DNA of 29,190 nucleotides from Chlamydiota bacterium (GTDB lineage Bacteria; Chlamydiota; Chlamydiia; Chlamydiales; SM23-39): NCBI GenBank assembly GCA_027459365.1, contig DAIDIM010000194.1, positions 1 to 29,190 of the forward strand, read 5' to 3'. Shown piece by piece: positions 25,395 to 29,190 of this stretch (position 1 is its first letter; each line of letters starts with the position of its first letter). The notes under the pieces were generated by a model. It saw only the letters and a program-made list of their open reading frames with translations, ran no database searches and was not told where the DNA came from. The position numbers and the translations under genes were made by a program.

Positions 25395-26226
25395 TCAATA
25401 TAAAAAACGGATTGAAAATGCGCTCCTTCAAGCTATCGAAAAGATGGGTGAAAAAAGTGTCTTGCGCGATGCTTGCGCCTACGCATTGATCAATGGGGGT
25501 AAACGGCTTCGCCCCATTTTGGTATTGATGATTGGGGAATCGCTTGGAAATTGCGATGTGATGCCATCTGCTCTCAGCGTTGAATTTTTTCATACTGCTT
25601 CTTTAATTGTAGATGATCTTCCTGCAATGGATAATGATGCAATGCGAAGGGGCATTCCTTCTTTACATATCGCATTCGGAGAGAGCGCTGCACTGCTTGC
25701 AAGCTATACATTAATGGCTGCAGGCTATGGAGGGATTCATGAGAATGGAAAGTTGATCGATGATGAAAAAAGGGCGATGGAATGCCTTGGGTATGCTGTA
25801 AAATGCGCCGGGATTCAAGGGGCAACTCAGGGTCAGTTTTATGATCTTTTTCCACCAGATTTAACCTTAGAGACGATTCAAGACATCATCTATAAAAAAA
25901 CAGTCACTTTATTTGAAATTTCTTTTCTTTTTGGATGGATTTTTGGTGGGGGCGACTTAGCCAAGGTCCCCCTTCTAAAAAAATGTGCATATCATTTAGG
26001 CATGGCGTTTCAGATTGGCGATGATCTAGACGATGGGATGCAGGATTCTTCCCACGTTAGGGGTCTAAATATCGCAACTGCATTAGGTCAAGACCAGGCG
26101 TTCGCGTGTCTCGAAGAGGAAATCTGCTCTTTTGAAAAAACATTGAAGGAACTCCAGTTATGGAGTCCCTCATTTCAGGAGATTGTACAAGGATTAAAAA
26201 AACCTATTTCATTAAATATTCATTGA
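25387..26226 (+). CDS. ispA: Polyprenyl (farnesyl/geranylgeranyl) diphosphate synthase
   Basis: GGKRLRP, first Asp-rich motif IVDDLPAMDND...RRG, KKT, second motif FQIGDDLDD. ATG 25387 overlaps the upstream stop. Confidence 0.9.
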   Translation: MFDQYKKRIENALLQAIEKMGEKSVLRDACAYALINGGKRLRPILVLMIGESLGNCDVMPSALSVEFFHTASLIVDDLPAMDNDAMRRGIPSLHIAFGESAALLASYTLMAAGYGGIHENGKLIDDEKRAMECLGYAVKCAGIQGATQGQFYDLFPPDLTLETIQDIIYKKTVTLFEISFLFGWIFGGGDLAKVPLLKKCAYHLGMAFQIGDDLDDGMQDSSHVRGLNIATALGQDQAFACLEEEICSFEKTLKELQLWSPSFQEIVQGLKKPISLNIH

Positions 26227-26632
26227 TCTTTTGTTCAAAATCTTGTTTTGAAAGATAGCCAACATGTCTATAGACAGGAGTATTATTACCTGGTCTAAAA
26301 AAGAGGAGGGTTGGCATTCCTGTGACTTCAAATCTTTGAACAAAAGAGGGTTCATTATCGACATCTACTTTTGCAAACAAGACTTTCCCTGCATATTGTT
26401 GATCGAGTTCATCGATGACAGGACTTACCATCTTGCATGCGCCGCACCATTTCGCATTGATATCAACGACGACAGGGACATTTGAAGACTGGATCGTACT
26501 ATCAAAATTTCCCCCACCAAGATCGATGACACCTTGATTTTGATTGTAGTTTCTTGTTTGATTTCGTTGAGCAATCTCATCTCCGTGTACTGCTACGAGA
26601 CAGAAAAGCAAAAGAGTAATCATTTTTTTCAT
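26204..26632 (-). CDS. Thioredoxin-family protein with N-terminal signal peptide
   Basis: WCGAC active site, cis-Pro GMPT; MKKMITLLLFCLVAVHG signal-like leader. Confidence 0.85.
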   Translation of the reverse strand: MKKMITLLLFCLVAVHGDEIAQRNQTRNYNQNQGVIDLGGGNFDSTIQSSNVPVVVDINAKWCGACKMVSPVIDELDQQYAGKVLFAKVDVDNEPSFVQRFEVTGMPTLLFFRPGNNTPVYRHVGYLSKQDFEQKINEYLMK

Positions 26633-26672
26633 ACTTATCCTTATTTAAAGCTTTCCTTGTCTCTTATCTGAA

Positions 26673-27713
26673 TTAAGATTGTTTTTCAACCCCTTCCGTC
26701 TCTTTTTTTAATTTAGCATGGATTTGTTTTTCAATTTCCTCTGCTATTTTTGAATTGTTTTTGAGCTCTTCTTTTGCCGCTTCTCTTCCTTGCCCAAGTC
26801 GATGATTTTGGAAACTAAACCAGGTCCCTTTTTTATCGACGATGCCCGTTTCGACCCCAACATCGATGAGTGTTCCTGAGTGAGAAATCCCCTCATTGAA
26901 CATCACATCAAATTCTGCAGACTGGAAGGGAGGCGCACATTTATTTTTCACAATTTTTACACGAACACGGGATCCAATATCGGATGTGTTGTCTGCATTC
27001 TTAATGCCACTGATGCGCCGAATATCGAGACGAATTGAGGCATAGAATTTCAATGCTTTACCGCCCGTTGTCGTTTCTGGATTTCCAAACATAACACCGA
27101 TTTTATCGCGAATTTGGTTAATAAAAATGGCGCATGTATTGCTTTTTGAAAGAGTTGCTGTCAATTTTCGAAGAGCTTGTGACATCATCCGGGCTTGCAA
27201 TCCCATGTGCTGATCTCCAATTTCTCCCTCCAGTTCTGTTTTTGGAACTAAAGCTGCCACAGAGTCAATGACGATCACATCGACAGCATTGGATCTAGCC
27301 AACATCTCTGTGATATTTAAAGCCTCTTCCCCGTTATCTGGTTGTGAAATCATCAAGTCATCGATATTCACACCAATCTTTGCGGCATACGATGGATCGA
27401 GTGCATGCTCTGCATCAATATAAGCGGCAAGCCCCCCATTTTTTTGGGCAGATGCGACAATATGAAGGGCAAGAGTTGATTTACCTGAAGATTCTGGACC
27501 ATAAATTTCGACGATACGGCCCCTTGGAACACCGCCGATTCCGAGAGCGAGGTCCAGAGAAATGGCTCCTGTTTTAATGACGCTTAAGCCATTACTGGAG
27601 GCATGTTTTCCAAGCGTCATGATGGCCCCATCGCCAAACTGTTTTTGAATATGAGAAATCGCAAGTTCTAACGCTTTTTTCTTATTTGTGTCTTGAGCAA
27701 GTTGTTGGGACAT
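26673..27713 (-). CDS. recA: Recombinase A
   Basis: [44 protein letters not shown]. Confidence 0.99.
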   Translation of the reverse strand: MSQQLAQDTNKKKALELAISHIQKQFGDGAIMTLGKHASSNGLSVIKTGAISLDLALGIGGVPRGRIVEIYGPESSGKSTLALHIVASAQKNGGLAAYIDAEHALDPSYAAKIGVNIDDLMISQPDNGEEALNITEMLARSNAVDVIVIDSVAALVPKTELEGEIGDQHMGLQARMMSQALRKLTATLSKSNTCAIFINQIRDKIGVMFGNPETTTGGKALKFYASIRLDIRRISGIKNADNTSDIGSRVRVKIVKNKCAPPFQSAEFDVMFNEGISHSGTLIDVGVETGIVDKKGTWFSFQNHRLGQGREAAKEELKNNSKIAEEIEKQIHAKLKKETEGVEKQS

Positions 27714-27750
27714 AAGTTTCCTTTATTGTTTTAACTCGAGTTTTAAGATG

Positions 27751-27760
27751 AGTATACACA
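27751..27760 (-). promoter_or_regulatory. Possible extended -10 element of recA (TGTGTATACT)
   Basis: Motif match ~40 nt upstream of the recA ATG; no good -35 found. Confidence 0.3.
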
Positions 27761-27790
27761 AAAACGTTTGATTTCTATATGAAGAAAATA

Positions 27791-27827
27791 AGACCTCTTG
27801 CGTAAACCTCGGTTGCGCTAGAGGTCT
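27791..27827. repeat. Family C short palindromic element AGACCTCT...AGAGGTCT (37 bp)
   Basis: 8-bp IR at 27791-27798 and 27820-27827; same ends as 17132-17183. Confidence 0.7.
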
Positions 27828-28001
27828 AATAATCTAAGCTTCGGGTTTGTTCTCCTCGGAATCGAGAGATTTTCGATGAAATTTTGCATTTTTTTGCGAA
27901 ACCCATAGCCGAAGGTTCTATGGGTGAGTACAAAAAGTGCAAAAGATCGAGAAAAGATCCTTGATTATGAGTGGGATAAACCCGAAGTTTAGGTTAATAG
28001 A
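27825..28001 (+). repeat. ~177-bp rod-like fold-back element (MITE-like or structured RNA)
   Basis: 29-bp terminal helix (27825-27853 / 27973-28001; 1 mismatch, 5 G-T). Inner helices TTTTGCATTTTTTG/CAAAAAGTGCAAAA and ACCCATAG/CTATGGGT. Confidence 0.75.
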
Positions 28002-28007
28002 GGGAAC

Positions 28008-28973
28008 ATGATTTTGACTGGAGATATAGGGGGAACAAATACCCGTCTTGCTTTTTTTGAAAGCAATACCATCGTTGCTGAAAAAAAATTTCACAGTAAA
28101 AACTATCAAAGTCTAGAAGAGATCATTCAAATTTTCCTATCTGAGCAAAAAAAAACTTTCTCTGCCGCCTGTTTCGGTGTAGCAGGACCGATCGTGAATG
28201 GAAAATGCAATGCAACTAATCTTCCTTGGGTGATCGACATTGCCAATTTACGAAAATGTTGTAAAATTCAGACTATATACTTATTAAACGATTTAGAAAC
28301 AAAAGCATATGGCATCCGCGTATTAAAAAAGGAAGAGCTTTATGTTCTACAAGCTGGAAAAGAACAGCCTGGAAACCAAGCCTTAATTGCCGCAGGCACA
28401 GGACTTGGCGAAGCAGGACTTTATTGGGATGGAAAAGATCATCACCCTTTTGCATGTGAGGGAGGGCATACCGATTTTGCACCTCGAGATGAGCTTGAAA
28501 TTGAATTACTCATTTATCTGAAGAAAAAATTCCAACACGTCTCCTATGAACGGATTGTTTCAGGTCCAGGCATCCCTCTCCTCTATCAATTCCTAATAGA
28601 GACAGGAAAAGAACCTCGTTCCCAAGAAATGGAAGAGGAAATGCTGCAAAAAGATGCACCGCATGTCATCTCTGAATGGGCGCTCAAACGCCACGATCCT
28701 GTCTGTTTACGAGTGATCCATTGGTTTTTGTCCATTTATGGAGCAGAGGCTGGAAATTTAGCCCTCAAATTTTTATCCCTAGGGGGTATGTATATTGGTG
28801 GAGGAATTGCCCCAGCTTTGATTCAACAGATAAAAGAGGGACCCTTTCTCTCCTCCTTTTGTTGTAAGGGAAGGTTTCAACCATTATTAGAAACGATTCC
28901 AATACATGTCATACTAAATGATGATGCATCTCTTTTAGGCGCTGCCTATTTCGCAAGGACAATCTCCCCTTAG
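28008..28973 (+). CDS. glk: Glucokinase (group II, Glk)
   Basis: GDIGGTNTR, GVAGP, LLNDLE, GTGLG, EGGH, ERIVSGPG, GGMYIGGGIA. Confidence 0.93.
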   Translation: MILTGDIGGTNTRLAFFESNTIVAEKKFHSKNYQSLEEIIQIFLSEQKKTFSAACFGVAGPIVNGKCNATNLPWVIDIANLRKCCKIQTIYLLNDLETKAYGIRVLKKEELYVLQAGKEQPGNQALIAAGTGLGEAGLYWDGKDHHPFACEGGHTDFAPRDELEIELLIYLKKKFQHVSYERIVSGPGIPLLYQFLIETGKEPRSQEMEEEMLQKDAPHVISEWALKRHDPVCLRVIHWFLSIYGAEAGNLALKFLSLGGMYIGGGIAPALIQQIKEGPFLSSFCCKGRFQPLLETIPIHVILNDDASLLGAAYFARTISP

Positions 28974-29049
28974 AGGATGGATGAAGTCTTCATCATCGAA
29001 GCTCTACGAAAGCTGAAGGCGAACAGGTTGTTCTATATTTTGCTTTAAG

Positions 29050-29190
29050 CTCGACTTTGTACATTTTTTGAAAGGCAGATCCGAGGGAGGCGTCCGATGA
29101 TATTATTATTTTTTTACGAGTTAATAGCAGCAACGTCCCTATTGACGAGTAAAAAAATAATAAAAGCTCGGACGCTCTCACCGGAGATGC
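29050..29190 (+). mobile_element. MITE family A, copy 3 (truncated by the window end)
   Basis: CTCGACTTTGTACATTTTTTGAAAGGCAGATCCG... colinear with 24307-24471; left flank TTAAG (29045-29049). Confidence 0.88.

Noticed and set aside
13667-27713. uvrB, dinD, ung and recA as a co-regulated DNA-repair cluster
   Set aside because: They are spread over 14 kb in different orientations among unrelated genes, and I found no shared upstream motif.
27730-27746. TTTAA-CTCGAGT-TTTAA upstream of recA as a collapsed family A footprint or SOS box
   Set aside because: Too short to distinguish from chance in AT-rich DNA, and it does not match LexA consensus sequences I know.
515-28867. Roughly 45 short ORF-track entries nested in or antisense to longer genes
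   Set aside because: Shadow ORFs overlapping well-supported genes, with no motifs of their own.
28977-29048. Short ORF MDEVFIIEALRKLKANRLFYILL after glk, superficially like a thiolase N-terminus, containing palindrome GATGAAG-T-CTTCATC
   Set aside because: 23 codons and the thiolase RTP motif is absent; cannot be evaluated without sequence beyond the window.
1-29190. CRISPR array or cas genes; transposase or integrase; rRNA
   Set aside because: The repeats are dispersed, not regularly spaced with unique spacers, and no ORF carries Cas, DDE, HUH or tyrosine-recombinase motifs that I could recognise.

Overview
29-kb, AT-rich bacterial window, most consistent with an environmental chlamydia (Chlamydiota). 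Support: 529-aa double-domain ThyX, TyrP-like permease, SET-domain protein, GlmU-like/ispA adjacency, and glucokinase. The taxonomy is inferred from gene content only. Housekeeping genes (rimO, rlmI-like, thyX, uvrB, ung, ispA, recA, glk, tRNA-Pro(GGG)) are interleaved with candidate host-interaction genes: a eukaryote-type USP/C19 deubiquitinase with an intact Cys-His-Asp triad, a SET lysine methyltransferase, and a probably lipidated autotransporter with a polyproline tract and a predicted 8-bladed beta-propeller passenger. The ORF track does not explain the strongest non-coding signal, a dense set of short fold-back elements. Family A is a 165-bp MITE in three copies; both complete copies have 5-bp target duplications, and one base pair covaries across copies. 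Family B (148/171 bp) has two copies. Family C comprises AGACCTCT...AGAGGTCT hairpins that resemble Rickettsia palindromic element ends, each followed by the end of a further ~177-bp fold-back element. No transposase and no CRISPR array are present. Other oddities: a tRNA overlapped by CDSs at both ends, a dinD with an apparently truncated C-terminus abutting the tRNA 3' end, and a frameshifted Rsm22/METTL17-like gene. All alignments were done by eye; no databases were searched.
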